Shown: positions 1 through 19,856, counted from the first letter of the stretch. The stretch is 64,000 nucleotides of DNA from Anolis carolinensis (GCF_035594765.1 NC_085844.1:195812107-195876106); one strand, 5' to 3'. Notes: generated by a model from the sequence alone, not told the origin. Translations and numbers: made by a program.

Positions 1-303
1 GTAACCACCTTTCTTGTTTATCTCACCAATTGAAAAGTGTGAACAGTTATGAAAGTTGATTTTGTGACAGACTAAGAAAAAATAGTTCTAAGAAGGAAAG
101 TGGTATTGTTTTGTTGTCTCTTGTCAGAATATGTACCCATAGTTCAAACCATCGGTCCTCAAGTAATTTATTGTTTATCAGAACTCATCATTTTAAGATT
201 CAGAAAGTCGCTGAAGACTAGAATCAGAAAGATTTTGGAAGAATTGTCTGTTCTCTTGTACTGTTTAAACGGCGCCATTTAAAATTATCTGTAAGTGTTC
301 ATG

Positions 304-781
304 CAGAGCCAGCCCTAGGTAATTTTCAAGTGTAGGCGAACAGAATTTTGGCACCCTCCCCCCAAACCAATCACTGAAAAATAAAGCATTGGATAAGTGA
401 AAATGTTGGATAATAAGGAGGGATTAAGTAAAAACCTATTAAACATCAAATTACATTATGAGTTTACAAATTAAGTACCAAAACATCATGTTTTACAACA
501 AATCGACAGAAAAAGCAGGTTGGTGGGAACTGGAGTCCAAAACACCTGGATCACCACTGAAGCTTGGGAAGCACTTGAAGGAAGTGACTCTGCGCCTCTG
601 TTTTAAAGTGAAGGCACCTCAGCACCACTTTTAACTGCCATGGTGGCCCAGCTGCTGCGGAGGCCAGGCCAGGCCGTAGAAGCAGGAAGGCCACGCCTGG
701 GCAGAGGTGCCTCAACGGTGCCCCCTAGGGGATGGTGCTTACACCAACCGCCTACTTCGCCTAATGGTTGAACCTCCTCTG
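304..781. mobile_element. Non-autonomous hAT-type element carrying a captured mariner-MITE fragment
   Basis: CAGAG...CTCTG ends; perfect 8-bp TSD TGTTCATG (296-303, 782-789); about 389-515 matches the interior of the MITE at 45237-45559. Confidence 0.75.
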
Positions 782-1110
782 TGTTCATGCAACCTATATT
801 ATAAGCAGCAGTTTGGAGCATTCTAACACTAGAATGTATTTCCATGTAGCAATGGATTCCAAGATAATGAATTAAACACAATTTGATGCAGAGTATTTAT
901 CCAAGTTAATTAACCTATAATTTCTATACACATTTAATTTAGAAATGGTGACTGAGACTATGTATTATAAGATGCTTCAAGAAAGATGTAACTATGTCTT
1001 GTAGTTACATGTCCTAATGCTACTCCTCTGTTGGGCTGTATACCCACAGAACATGGTCATTTCCAAGTTGTGGGAGAATGGGAGAGTGAGCCATGATGCA
1101 ATCAGTCTTC

Positions 1111-1460
1111 GAACCTCATCACATTACAGAATGTTAGTGTCCTAGGATGCTTGGAAGATGTTGGGTGGACGGAGCCTACCGGATCCAGTTAGACAATATA
1201 TAGCTTCTTCCGGCGGGGCTCCATCCTCCCAACATCCTCCAAGTATCCTACAATGCTGCCCAGAGAACATGAGATACTTCCCATGTTCTCACTGAAAATA
1301 ATAGAGGTAAGCTGGGTGGCAACACTTTTCTCCATGAAATGGGGGAAGCGGCGATACAGGGTGCGGGGTGACAGTTTCCCCTGCTGCCCACCGGAGTCAC
1401 CACGCTCTTGGCAAATCCCTCTGATATCACCCACAAATTGGACCTCAATGTGATGAGGCC
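1111..1460. mobile_element. MITE with internal hairpins (Harbinger-like)
   Basis: Terminal inverted CCTCATCACATT / AATGTGATGAGG; internal inverted repeats 1143-1183 vs 1209-1250 and about 1263-1290. Confidence 0.5.
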
Positions 1461-1937
1461 CTTCTTCCTGTAGCTGGGTGTGATGTGAAAAGCAACCACT
1501 GGGACCCCAAGATAACAAAAAGTCCCTGAAAGTAACTGCCACCTCATTCCCAGAGGTAAATAATTAACATTTTTCAGACCACACACCTTCACCTTGCACT
1601 TTGCTACACCTTTTAGTTACTTCTCTTGCTCCTTGCATTTTCCCATTACTCCCTGCCATGTTTCCATCTCTTCCTTTCCTATTTGCTTTACCATGCTGCT
1701 GCCTGTCTACTTGTACTCTGAAGATACTGCAGCTGCACAAAGCCATAGTTGCTGCTTTAAATAGAGGGCAGTAAGCAAGCAGGTGATGGCAGCAGTGTGG
1801 CTGCTGCAACACTAGAAGGAAGAAATACGGTGAGATGAGGGCAGAATCAGAGATTAATTTATTGCTTCTTGATCAAGGAAGAATGTCAAGAGAGAGTCCC
1901 AGATCTGACATTTTCTTCTGTTCTTGGCTATCAATAT

Positions 1938-2245
1938 TACTATGTAACAAAATTAGAAAAGTTTTCTGTTCCTAGTTTGAAAATGTTATTTCCTGTTTAA
2001 TTGTGTGGTACGTACTTTGAAAGTAGTTGTTATACTCCAGAAACTTCATTTTTGTGTCTGCCACAAACTATGTTGAATTGGTTGAGGTTATATGATATAT
2101 TCACTAAAAATGATAGCAAAACGCGCTGCAGGATGTCCTGCAAAAACATTTTTTTTGCAGTTTAATAAACTTTATCCATGTTTTTATGACATAACCAATT
2201 AGGAAATGACATTTATAATCCAGGAACAAAAGTCATATTACATAC
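1938..2245. mobile_element. Non-autonomous DNA transposon (Chapaev-like)
   Basis: Degenerate TIRs TATGTAAC...TGTTCCT / AGGAACA...TTACATA; family inferred from terminal motif. Confidence 0.5.
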
Positions 2246-2296
2246 AGCCTCATCAGATGAGCAAAATTGCCAGTCACACAACATTTCCACTACACT

Positions 2297-3027
2297 TGTA
2301 GCACAGCCTTTGCCTTTGTTTGATTCTGATGTGCCTTTGCATGACTCTGATGAAGATTCTGGGTTATATGTGCATAATGATGGGATGCAGGATGAATTTG
2401 AGGATGACTCTGATGCTGGGAAATATAGGAGCGTTCCAGCTGTGGGAAATGAAGAGCAGGGAGTTGTTCCCATGGGAATAAATCATGATGTTGTTCCTAA
2501 CGAAGAATTTCAGGTGCAGGGAATAGAATGGGAGGATAGCGCTTTGCCGCCTGATAATGAGCTCAGTGGGCTTGACTCTGGGGATCTAGATTGGGCTACG
2601 AGACTGGAATTTAGAGGGTTGTGGAGAAGCCTTCGCATAGCCAATAAACAAGAGTTCAAAGGGCAAAGGAACGCCTTTATGTCATGCTTTTAAAACAGTC
2701 TGTTTGCAAAGAGCTCTCTGTCAATGCAACTCCATCGCTTGATCTAGAAGCAAGTCTGCTTTACTGTGCCAAGTTTGCTTTCCTGTAATATCTTGTGGAT
2801 ATATTCTGTTTGTTGGGACTTTTGGCTTCCATGAAAAGGAACTTGTTTTATGCTCTATGTTTCTATGGACTTATTGCTTACAGCCTTGGTTTTGTACCTA
2901 TCTTTTGGAACTGAACTTTTTCCCTTTTATAAACTATCTTTTGCATATTCTAAATGAACTACAAAAGAGTACTTCCAGTGTGTGGCTTGGTGTCTTTAGC
3001 AAGGTGAAGCTAACCTGAGGTGCGACA
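2297..3027 (+). mobile_element. Solo LTR (Gypsy-like)
   Basis: TGTAGCAC...GTGCGACA inverted termini (TG...CA), near-identical 4-bp flanks CACT/CACG, about 730 bp. Confidence 0.6.
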
Positions 3028-3945
3028 CACGGAGCCCTCCGGTTCCCATCCCATGACATTGTTCCGGTAGGGCACCATGCCACAAGTGAAATGGAAGCAT
3101 GGTAAGGGGCTATGAGAACTTCCCATGTTGCATAGGAAACAAGAGGGGGAAGTTGCATGGCGGAAGCTTCCTCTTGTGGGATGGGGTGAGGGGAAAAGAG
3201 GGTGATGCGGGGCAGCAGAGGGTGTTAGACTATGACAACGGTTTCTAGTGGGCTATCTGGATTGAATGGCCCTCAGATGGTGGTGAAGGGCTTTCAGATT
3301 ACTTTAAATGAGATGTATTATGTTCTCAAATGATTGGCTGCCAGCCAGTATTCTGAATCAATGGTAGCTCAGGTATTTGTCCAGCAGCTAGATGTCAAAT
3401 GCCCTACTTGTGATTTATGCCCATTGTGATGTTTCTGGAAAGGAGAAAAAACAGGTGAGGTTTCCCAGGGGGAGTTCCCAGAGGGAGATATCAGGTGAAG
3501 ACATCAGTAGATGATTAATCAGAACCCCATTTTCAGGGTCTTGGACTTTTGGATTTGAGTTTACATATAACAGTGGAAGGAGGCAAGATGATTTGGAGAG
3601 GAAGGTGAAAATAATGTGGATGGCTCTCTTCCTCACACAATCGGTCTGTGGCAGAACCGAGCTACTCCTCAGAAGTGGAACACATGGATCTTATTAAAAA
3701 TGCATAATTTTGATACATCAAACAAGTAATTAAAAACAACAATTTCATGCAACCTAATACTAATAGTTGAATTACTGCTTTTGTCCTGTAATGTTGCATC
3801 CCACTTCCTTCAAGCTAACAGTCTTTTCTCTGCAAAACAAACTTACGTAATTTAAACTTTCCTCCTTAATCTCTAAAAAACAGATTTTCCTCTTGAGTAG
3901 TATCTTGGTATCAGGGAAATAAAAATTGGTGTAGAGAGATAGCTT

Positions 3946-4531
3946 CGATAGGGCACAGATATCTATATCAAATGCTATAAGAATGGTATATATATGTTAA
4001 AAAACAACAACTTAAATGTATATACTCTCATGTAGGTTTTACCGTGTGTATTATGGTATGCTAGTATTATTGAGTATTTTCTTTACAGTCCCAACTGGGT
4101 ACTATCTAATTATGAAACATATAACACAAATATGGTATATATACAATTATACAACCTTATTGTGTAACATATAAAGTAAAGCATACATCAAACTCAACAG
4201 AAAACAGTCCACAACTGTTGTGTGTATATAAACAAAACTATGCAACAACAAGTAATCCCGGGTACACTGCCTCGTTTTGGGAAGTCCTTCTTCAGGTTGT
4301 AGATATTTATGTGAGATCTTAAACAGTCTTTTGATGTATGGTAATTTTCTTCTTATCACAGTAAGAAGAAAATTACCATACATCAAAGTATCACAGTAAG
4401 AAAAATCACAGTAAGAAGAAAAATACTCAATAATACTAGCATACCATAATACACACGTTAAAACCTACATGAGAGTATATACATTTAAGTTGTTGTTTTT
4501 TTAACATATATATATATACCATTCTTATAGC
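3946..4531. mobile_element. Fold-back retro-insertion (Penelope-like) with 15-bp TSD
   Basis: TSD GTAGAGAGATAGCTT (3931-3945, 4532-4546); about 110-bp inverted arms 3974-4083 / 4416-4531; inner 26-bp hairpin 4330-4387. Confidence 0.65.
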
Positions 4532-4647
4532 GTAGAGAGATAGCTTGTCTGTTCTTACTGATAACTTTTACCTTCTTGACCACACACTAATTTTACTTGG
4601 CCACACATATCTTGGTTTTCATGTGTGAAAAGTTTGAGGGTGGGAAT

Positions 4648-4916
4648 TTGTTGTTGTTTATTTGTTCAGTCACTTCCAACTCTTTGTGACCTCATGGACC
4701 AGCCCACACCAGAGCTCCCTATCGGCGGTTGCCACTTCCAGCTCCTTCAAGGTCAAGCCAGTCACTTCAAGGATATCACCCTTTCATCCATCTTGCCCTT
4801 GGTCAGCCCTTTTACCCTTTTCCTTCCATTTTCCCCAGCATCATGATCTTCTCCAAGCTTTACTGTCTTCTCATTATGTGGACAAAGTACTTCATCTTTG
4901 CCTCTAATATCCTTCC
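4648..4916 (-). mobile_element. RTE/BovB-clade LINE 3' fragment
   Basis: (CAA)n-type tail on the minus strand with RTE-like 3' sequence; interrupted by a SINE. Confidence 0.55.
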
Positions 4917-5172
4917 GGGAGCGGCTTGAGCGGCCGCTGTTAGCCCCAGCTCCTGCCAACCTAGCAGTTCGAAAACATGCCAATGTGAGTAGATCAATAG
5001 GTACCGCTCCAGCGGGAAGGTAATGGCGCTCCATGCAGTCATGCCGGCCACATGACCTTGAAGGTGTCTATGGACAACACCAGCTCTTTGGCTTAGAAAT
5101 GGAGATGAGCACCAACCCCCAGAGTCAGACATGACTGGACTTAACATCAGGGGAAACCTTTACCTTTACCTT
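4917..5172 (+). mobile_element. Sauria-type SINE (5'-truncated) inserted into the RTE fragment
   Basis: GCTGTTAGCCCCAGC core, (ACCTTT)n tail, TSD ATCCTTCC at 4909-4916 / 5173-5180. Confidence 0.8.
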
Positions 5173-6631
5173 ATCCTTCCCTCCAGTGGGGGGAGGGGCA
5201 CTTTTTAAACTGATATCAGAAACAATGAGTTGAGATGTTTCTCATCTCACAGTTCTTTCTTTATCATTTATAACAACAAAAGCCAAAGCAAATGCATCTT
5301 TGAGAAAGATTACACTTCCAAGTGTAGAAAACAATTCCATCAACAATAATGGATCACTTTGAGTATATAAAACTCATGCTTTCTTTATGCCTCATAACAG
5401 AAGGCCACTGTTATCAAGAACAAAAGGAATTTTACAGTATTCGTACAAGCTCTATTGAAATACAGGGTGAAAATTCAGCTGAGCAAGTTTCAAAGTGTGC
5501 ATTAGAGAATTCAGTTAAGAAAGAAAGTAATACAATACGTGTACCCTGGCTACATAAGCAAAGGAAGGCAGTGGAACATCATAATAGTGGTGTCATATTC
5601 TGAATCTTATAAGCAATTCTATACATAATGTGAGCAGAAAAATTTAAAAGGAATATAAGCCCCATAAGTACACCACAAGGTGGGATAATCACATTATGTC
5701 CCCAGAAGAAAATAAACTAAGCCAAAACATTCAGTGCAACACAGAAGACAAAAGCCCTATTATTAATATACTTAGCAGCCCCATATGTTGCAGTTTCACT
5801 AGCTGCTTTCCCTACACTCATGCAAACATAGGTGTTGTTGTCTTATGCTAGGCCAAGTCCAGCATTCTCCTTTGAAGAACAAATGCTCCTGCATGTCTGT
5901 CTAGAAAAAGCAGAAGTGTACAAATCTCCCATCATTCAGATGATTTAGCCTGCTTGTCTGTATGTCCTGGAATACTCGTCATTCACTGGGTTTAGTCTTC
6001 TGGTGGCATACATGATAACATAGGTCCTCCCCCTTGTCGATGGGAGCCCTTCAATAATGCTTGGAAAGTACCTTTTTGGCAAACAATGTGCCATTTCTGC
6101 CTGTCCCTAGGTCTTGCATTTTTCAACAATTCATTTCCTTCCTCCACACCTTCCCAAATCTTTGGCAATATCACACATTTGGATCCTGAGACGAAAAGGA
6201 TACTGTTTTGATTCTTCCATAATGCTAAATACACTGTTTCGTATTTAATTCATTTTCATTTAAGCCTATTTGATTGGATAGATAGGTATCATGTCTTTTC
6301 GAGCTAAAGAGCCCATTGGACGACTGGGACAGAAGGTGCATCTTGAGAAGCCTTCCTATATCTAAAGTAATAATATACTTGAAGAAAGGGCATTTGATCC
6401 TCACATCTCATTATATAAACACCACAATAATTGTATGTTTTATTTTATATAGGATGAGCTACTTAATTTAGAAGTAACAGAAAGGCACACTCTTCAATTG
6501 TCCTGATTTTACAGTTGCTGAAAACTGATTCAAAAGGAAATCCCCATAGGTTAAGGCAAAAGCAAACTGGTGCAGTCTTTCATAGAATAAAAGCTGGATG
6601 TCTCCATTGACATTTAGGAAGGGTTATACAT

Positions 6632-6951
6632 GAGCCCCTGGTGGCGCAGTGGATTAAACCACTGAGCTGCTGAACTTGCTGACCAGAAGGTCGGCGGTTA
6701 GAATCTGGGGAGTGGGTGAGCTCCCGCTGTTAGCCCCAGCTTCTGCCAACCTAGCAGTTTGAAAACATGCAAATGTAAGGAGATCGATATGTACTGCTCT
6801 GGCGGGAAGGTAACTGCAATCCATGCAGTCATGCCGGCCACATGATTTTGGAGATGTCTAGGGACAACGCCGGCTCCAACCTCCAAAGCACCAACCCCCA
6901 GAGCCAGACACGACTAGACTTAATGTCAAGGGGAAACCTTTACCTTTACCT
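6632..6951 (+). mobile_element. Sauria-type SINE
   Basis: tRNA-like head GAGCCCCTGGTGGCGCAGTGG, conserved core, ACCTTT tail; homologous to other copies in the window. Confidence 0.8.
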
Positions 6952-7606
6952 AGACAGAGTATATTTCAGAGCTTGGAAATTTCTTCTTTGTGTATATTAC
7001 AACTCCCAGTATATTGCTCCAGAGCAGCCAGTAGGAGCCTGGGAGATATAGTTCAAAAAGTAACTCATCTCAGTTTCATCTTACTGTTAGATTCGTGTTC
7101 ATTGACTATGGGTTTTTGACAAACATATTGATGCCTTTACACTTTAGTCAATGAGGGTGAAGAAACGACTCAACCTGAATCTTATCAATTGATCTGAGTG
7201 ACTGAATATTAAGTCTTATTTCCATTATGTTCTTTTGGTTTGAGATCTTATATTTACCCCTTCTGGTTTTAGGAAATAATAGCCCAGTTTGAAATGGAAT
7301 TGCTTCTATGGAAATGAACACAATCAGCTATAATTTCCGCAAGAGGTTTATTCTTCATTAACAGACTGATAAGAAGATATCTTAGTAGACCAGAGCAAAG
7401 ATTCATCTCATTTAGCCTGTTATCTGTGAGATGCTTCTAAAAAGCTCAAATGTTTGGCATCTTGTTGCCCTGATATGTGACAATTTGGCTTTTGAAAAAG
7501 GAACCCCACTTTAACTATCTTAATTCATAATAATTACTAGATAAGTCTTTGTTAATATATCTATTCTTCTATAAAATTCATTTGTGCTAGCAGTTATCAT
7601 CAGATA

Positions 7607-8029
7607 TAGGCAGTCCCTCAGTTACAAATAAGATAGATTATGTAGATTTTCCCCCTTGAGTTAAATTTGTATGTAAGTCAGAATAGGTACATTTTAAAGG
7701 GTAACTCCAGCCAAAAATATAGATTTTTTAAAGCTTTGGATAGCATAGGAAAGGGTTACCACTCCTGTGGTGTTTGTTTTGTTGACTGTGTCCCTGCTCA
7801 GAATATTTCGCCTCACTTTCTGTCCCTGTGAGAATTGGATTTTGAAAGAAATGGCTTGTGAAGGAAACAAGAATAAAGCTTCAGTGGAGACATATTTTCC
7901 CCATGATAACTCTTTCAGGTGTGAATTTTTCTTCTGAGAGGTAGATTTCTCTCACTTCCTGCTGTTTCACCCCCATTCTTAACTATGAGTCATTTGGAAA
8001 TGGGATGTTTATAACTCGGGGACTGCCTG
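7607..8029. mobile_element. Tc1/mariner (Tigger-like) MITE
   Basis: TIR AGGCAGTCCC..AGTTA / TAACT.GGGGACTGCCT with TA flanks. Confidence 0.65.
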
Positions 8030-8634
8030 TATTGTGATACTGAATTCCAAATTATTGTGTGTTGTGTGAGTACTTTTTTGTATGTCTTCAACCTGTTGCC
8101 AATTTCACTGAATAATCTCAATTTCTGATATTTTGAGATAATGATCACCACTGTGCTTAATGATTTATATTCTGGCTGGTCTTCTGTTTCCTTTCGCTAG
8201 ACTACATTTATAAAATGATAGCTGTTATCTGAGCTCATAGTCCTAAACAGATAAAGCAGCATAACTAATAAGCAAATGAATATGTTTGCTATCAGTATGT
8301 TTTTATACATGTTTAGTATGCCCTGTCTTTAAGTTTATCTCAGCAACTCTAATAATTCAAAATATGAAAATTTTTCTCTTTTTTAAAAAGGGGAAATAGC
8401 ATTTTACTCCAGGAAAGAAATTTGGGTTAATTGTAGTTAAGATCAATACTCCTGACTTCAAAAGAGGACTCTTCAGATTTAATCACAGATTCAATTGTCA
8501 ATGCTTAAGACTTGAGCAGTCACTGAACAAACGAATTGAAAGAAATTGTATTGTCAAGTCACTTCCTAAAATCAGCCTCTGGTTTCCCCACAAACCATGT
8601 CAAGCAGAATAAGAAATAGTTTGGCATAGTAGAA

Positions 8635-8640
8635 TTTATT
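8635..8640 (-). terminator. Polyadenylation signal, PGB-like copy 1
   Basis: AATAAA about 175 nt after the stop codon. Confidence 0.6.
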
Positions 8641-8815
8641 TCTTGGTTGCGACTGTCAGGAGAACTAATTTTATATAAGCTGTAGCAGATTGATTACAGA
8701 ACGTGAAGATTGCTGCAATTTCTGTTCCAAATAATTTAGAATCAATCTTGTAAGTGTCCAAGAAGGTAGCAGAATTATTAGTCTAGGCATGTATGCAGCT
8801 CTCTTCTTTTTCCTT

Positions 8816-16178
<7,363 letters not shown>

Positions 16179-16258
16179 GGTGCTTGATGTCTTCACCTTT
16201 GTGATCTACTAGAGAATCCTTCCAAACCCTGTCCATAATTCTGTCAATGAGCCCCAAC

Positions 16259-16265
16259 TTTTATA
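16259..16265 (-). promoter_or_regulatory. TATA box of PGB-like copy 1
   Basis: TATAAAA on the minus strand about 80 nt upstream of the ATG; equivalent motif in all three pepsinogen genes. Confidence 0.75.
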
Positions 16266-17003
16266 CTAAGGGCAACCATCCTCTATTATTTACTCTAAAT
16301 TTCCCATATCATTATGCATACTCAATACCTACGGTTTCTGTTTATTTACAGATAAAAGGTGTTCAACACATAAAAGGTGTTCAACTTGATAATAAAGATT
16401 TTAAAAGCAATTTGTGCCCTTGATTTATAAGAAAGATTAAGATATAAAAAATTGGCCCTAGTGTAAACCTTTGTTACTAGAGGCGGGGAAAACAGTGATA
16501 AGCTGTCAATATCAGTTAAGAATAATCAGTTTCCTTGGAAAACTGGCAGTATTCTTTTTTGAAATAGTAAAGGGCAAGTTAATAATCAAAGTGATTGTGG
16601 CAAATATTGACATAATCGGGAAAGGCAATTTTTGGTTCAGATAGTTTGAACCAATATCCAAAGTAATACTAAGGACTTTATTGCATGCAGTTATTATTCC
16701 ACAGTGGTCCCTGCCTTCCCACACATCTAATATTATTTTCTAATATGATTTTAAAGCACATGTTCACCTCCAGAAAGGGTTAATTTAAATAAAAAAAACA
16801 AAATGGCAAAAATAAACAGCTCAAGAATGGTGAGTGGGAGGGGAGTGGGACCCTAACCCCACAACTGTAGAGGATCTGCTGCAATTGATCTGTATTTTAA
16901 ACAAAGTAATTCTGAGATGTGTGCCTTTATGATTACCTTAGTAGCATGCCAAATTCAAATATATACATTTCATTGTTTTGGAACTATAGTTGAAGCAGAT
17001 GTA

Positions 17004-17541
17004 TGTGAGTTTTCCAGGCTGTATGGTCATATACCAGAAGCATTCAATGTTTCACCCACATCTATGGCAAGCATCCGCAGAGGTTGTGGGGTCTGTTGGA
17101 AACTAGGCAAGTCAGGATTATATATCCGTGGAATGTCCAGGGTGGGAGGTGTCCACCACAGACATCAGGAGAGCTGCAAGACCAAGAACAAGCCACAAGA
17201 GTAAAGACAAAGATCTACCCAGAGGAAAAGTGTTCTTACTATACATCAAGGGAACCACTGACCTCATAGTGAAGCTGATGAAGAAGCACAACCTACAAAC
17301 CATCTACAGACCCACTAAGGAAATCCAACAAATGCTACGTTCAGCAAAGGACAAGAGGGATTCTTTCACCTCTGCAGGAGTCTACCATATACCATGCAGC
17401 TGTGGACAAGTCTACATAGGACCACCAAATGCAGCATTGCCCAAACATGAATCAAGGAACATAAAAGGCACTGCAGACTCACTCAACCAGGGAAGTCAGC
17501 CATAGCAGAGCACCTTATGAATCAACCTAGACACAACATAT
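17004..17541 (+). mobile_element. Penelope-like element fragment: inverted pseudo-LTR plus RT C-terminus/GIY-YIG endonuclease remnant
   Basis: ORF 17128-17505 contains VFLLYIKGTTD...GVYHIPCSCGQVYIG; preceded by pLTR sequence homologous to 32870-32985. Confidence 0.8.
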
Positions 17542-17893
17542 TCCTTTGCACCTTAAAAACAAGATCATTAAACTATTTGTTTTTGACCAAATCTTCACCT
17601 GAATTACTCAGTTTTTCCTACTAAGAATTTAACTGCATATGCAGAACACTCAGATACAATTAAAATTGCTCATTGGCACTCACATTTACATGGAAAAGTG
17701 AGAGATGTTTAGATGGTATGATTATCCATCCAGAAACCACTATTTATACATTGCCTAACTAAAGTAGTCCATGCTGTATTCCCCAAACAATGTGAATGTG
17801 GAAATGCAGAATCATTTTGTTTTATGCCAGTAAACATGAGTCCTTCATCAAAAACTTCTAAACCGGCTGTGTTCAGCTATTGAAGACTGGAAG

Positions 17894-18167
17894 CAGGGCC
17901 ATAGCCAGAAAAAATGTTCAAGTGGGGGTTGAAGCTTTTTTTAAGCGAATCATGAAGAGTAGTTCTATAACGCAAAATAATTTAGAAATCAGGCTCCATC
18001 AATAAACTTCAGTGGACATCCAAGACAGATAAACTTCAGTGGACACTCGTGGGGATTTGGTTAATCAGGTAAAATTCATGAGTAAACCAGGTTTTTTTTA
18101 AACATGAAAAATGTCAGGGGGATTTGAACCCCTGACACACAATCCCCCCCCCCCCGCTAGAGCCCTG
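17894..18167. mobile_element. hAT-type MITE
   Basis: CAGGGCC.TAGC / GCTAGAGCCCTG ends; 8-bp TSD ACTGGAAG/ACTGGAGG. Confidence 0.7.
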
Positions 18168-18559
18168 ACTGGAGGGGGACAAGGAAGTACCATCACTGCA
18201 AAAACAAAAAACAAAAAAAACTACTACTACCCCCAAACCTTCTGGAACATAGGGGTAAGTTTGGGAGTATTTCTGGGCCCTTAGAGGGCACTTTGAAGCA
18301 AAAAGTATTTTGAAAAATTTCACAAAATTTAATTTTGATTTCTAGGTTTCCAGGTGTATGCCAGACATATGGAAATGCCTTATACCCTCCATCAGTTATT
18401 AATTTAGGATATTTTGGAGTCATTTTTAAACATCTGGGGTCTCTGGCAGCTTCAAAAGCAGCCCTGGGAACTACATGTGATCCATGGTCTAAACTTTGTC
18501 CATTCCTTCTCTAAACAAATGTTGCCATCATTATGTAAGAAAAGAAATGTTGTTATGGA

Positions 18560-19440
18560 CTTGAAACTGGTTAAAGAAGTTTAAACAGACAGTAGGAATC
18601 AATGGCCAGTTCTTGCAACAGAAGCATATGTACAATTGAGTTCCTCAGAAATCTTTATTGGTACTAGTGAATATAAAGTCAGGGATGAGAAATGAAATAA
18701 CTGAATTTGCTTATGATATCATTGCATTAGAGGTGGCTAAAACAGCAATGGATTGTGATTAACTCAAAATAAGAACAAGCACTAAAATGGCAAATGAATT
18801 TCTGACTAAGCAAGTCTAAAGGGATGGGGCAAAAATGAATTCAAATTTTACACTGATGTGATCTGATTTGGCAGAGACTGACCAAGGAAGGGATCTTGGG
18901 ATCTTGATAGATGGATTGCCAGGTCAATAAACTTGTCAACCTAGTGTAGGAGTGCTATAAAAACTCAAAATTAGACATGATTAGAAGTAATAATGGAAAA
19001 CAAACCTGCCAATATGACATTACCCTTATTCAACCACATAGTATACACTGCATTTAAAGAGACAAATAAACAAGGTCTTCATAAAGGGGCAAGAAGGATA
19101 AGAGGCATGGAAAACAAAATATTTGAGGAAAGATTGCGGGAGTTGGGAATATTCAGTCTGATGGAGAGAAAACTGGGAGGTGACATGACTGTACTCCTTA
19201 AATATCTAACAGGTTGCCAAAGAGAAGAGGGGCAGGTTTGCTGTCTGCTTCCCCAAAGGGTAGGAGCAAATGTAATAGTCACATGAGGGAAGAATTTAAC
19301 TGAACTTTAGTCTCCTTCTCTAGACATCTTCAAATAGAGGCTAGACAACTACCTGCTCAAGATGTTAGCTGAAGTTCCTCCACTGAAGTTGGATTTGGTG
19401 GCCCATGGATCCCCTTTGAACTCTATAATCTTACAATTTT
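18560..19440 (+). mobile_element. Degraded CR1 LINE 3' portion
   Basis: ORF 18993-19286 FEERLRELGIFSLMERKLGGDM is CR1 ORF2-like; upstream RT remnants (GTTCCTCAG..., TTTGCTTATGAT). Confidence 0.7.
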
Positions 19441-19630
19441 ATACTTCTGTCTTCTAGTTACTGCACTTAAAAAAGGATACTGTAAATGCTAAGCTTGAAA
19501 AGATGTGACCAAAATAATAAATGGGCAAGAGCAGTTTTATGAGGAAAGGTTATGACATTTGGACTATTTGGCTTTTTAAAGAGAAAGGTAAATATGATAT
19601 ATGTATATAAAACAATGCAATGAAAGTGAA

Positions 19631-19856
19631 TAGGGCATCTACACAGTACAATCAATGCAATTGATACCACTTTAACTGCCATGGTTCAATGTTATAGAAT
19701 TCTGAAAGTTATAATTTGGTGAGGCACCAGCACTCTTGGGCAAAGGAGGCTAAAAACCTTGTAAAACTACAACTCCCATGATTCCATAGCATTATGTCAT
19801 AGCCATTAAAATAGTATACAATTGCATTACTTCTACCTATAATGCAGATGCACCCT
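19631..19856. mobile_element. Palindromic MITE (PIF/Harbinger-like)
   Basis: GCATCTACAC / GCAGATGCACCC ends; related copies near 56540, 58935 and 62611. Confidence 0.6.

Noticed and set aside
2310-2693. 127-aa acidic ORF as a novel gene
   Set aside because: It lies wholly inside a TG...CA solo-LTR-like element, starts at a non-ATG codon and has no recognisable domain
4762-5147. Recurrent ORFs (MERxYLPA..., [12 protein letters not shown]...) suggesting a small gene family
   Set aside because: They are translations of Sauria-type SINE copies
6632-6710. tRNA gene
   Set aside because: The A/B-box-like sequence is the tRNA-derived head of a SINE, not a cloverleaf gene
1-8600. TFEB exons or a fourth pepsinogen expected downstream from synteny
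   Set aside because: No bHLH-Zip or pepsin-like exon recognisable here; either could lie beyond the left edge
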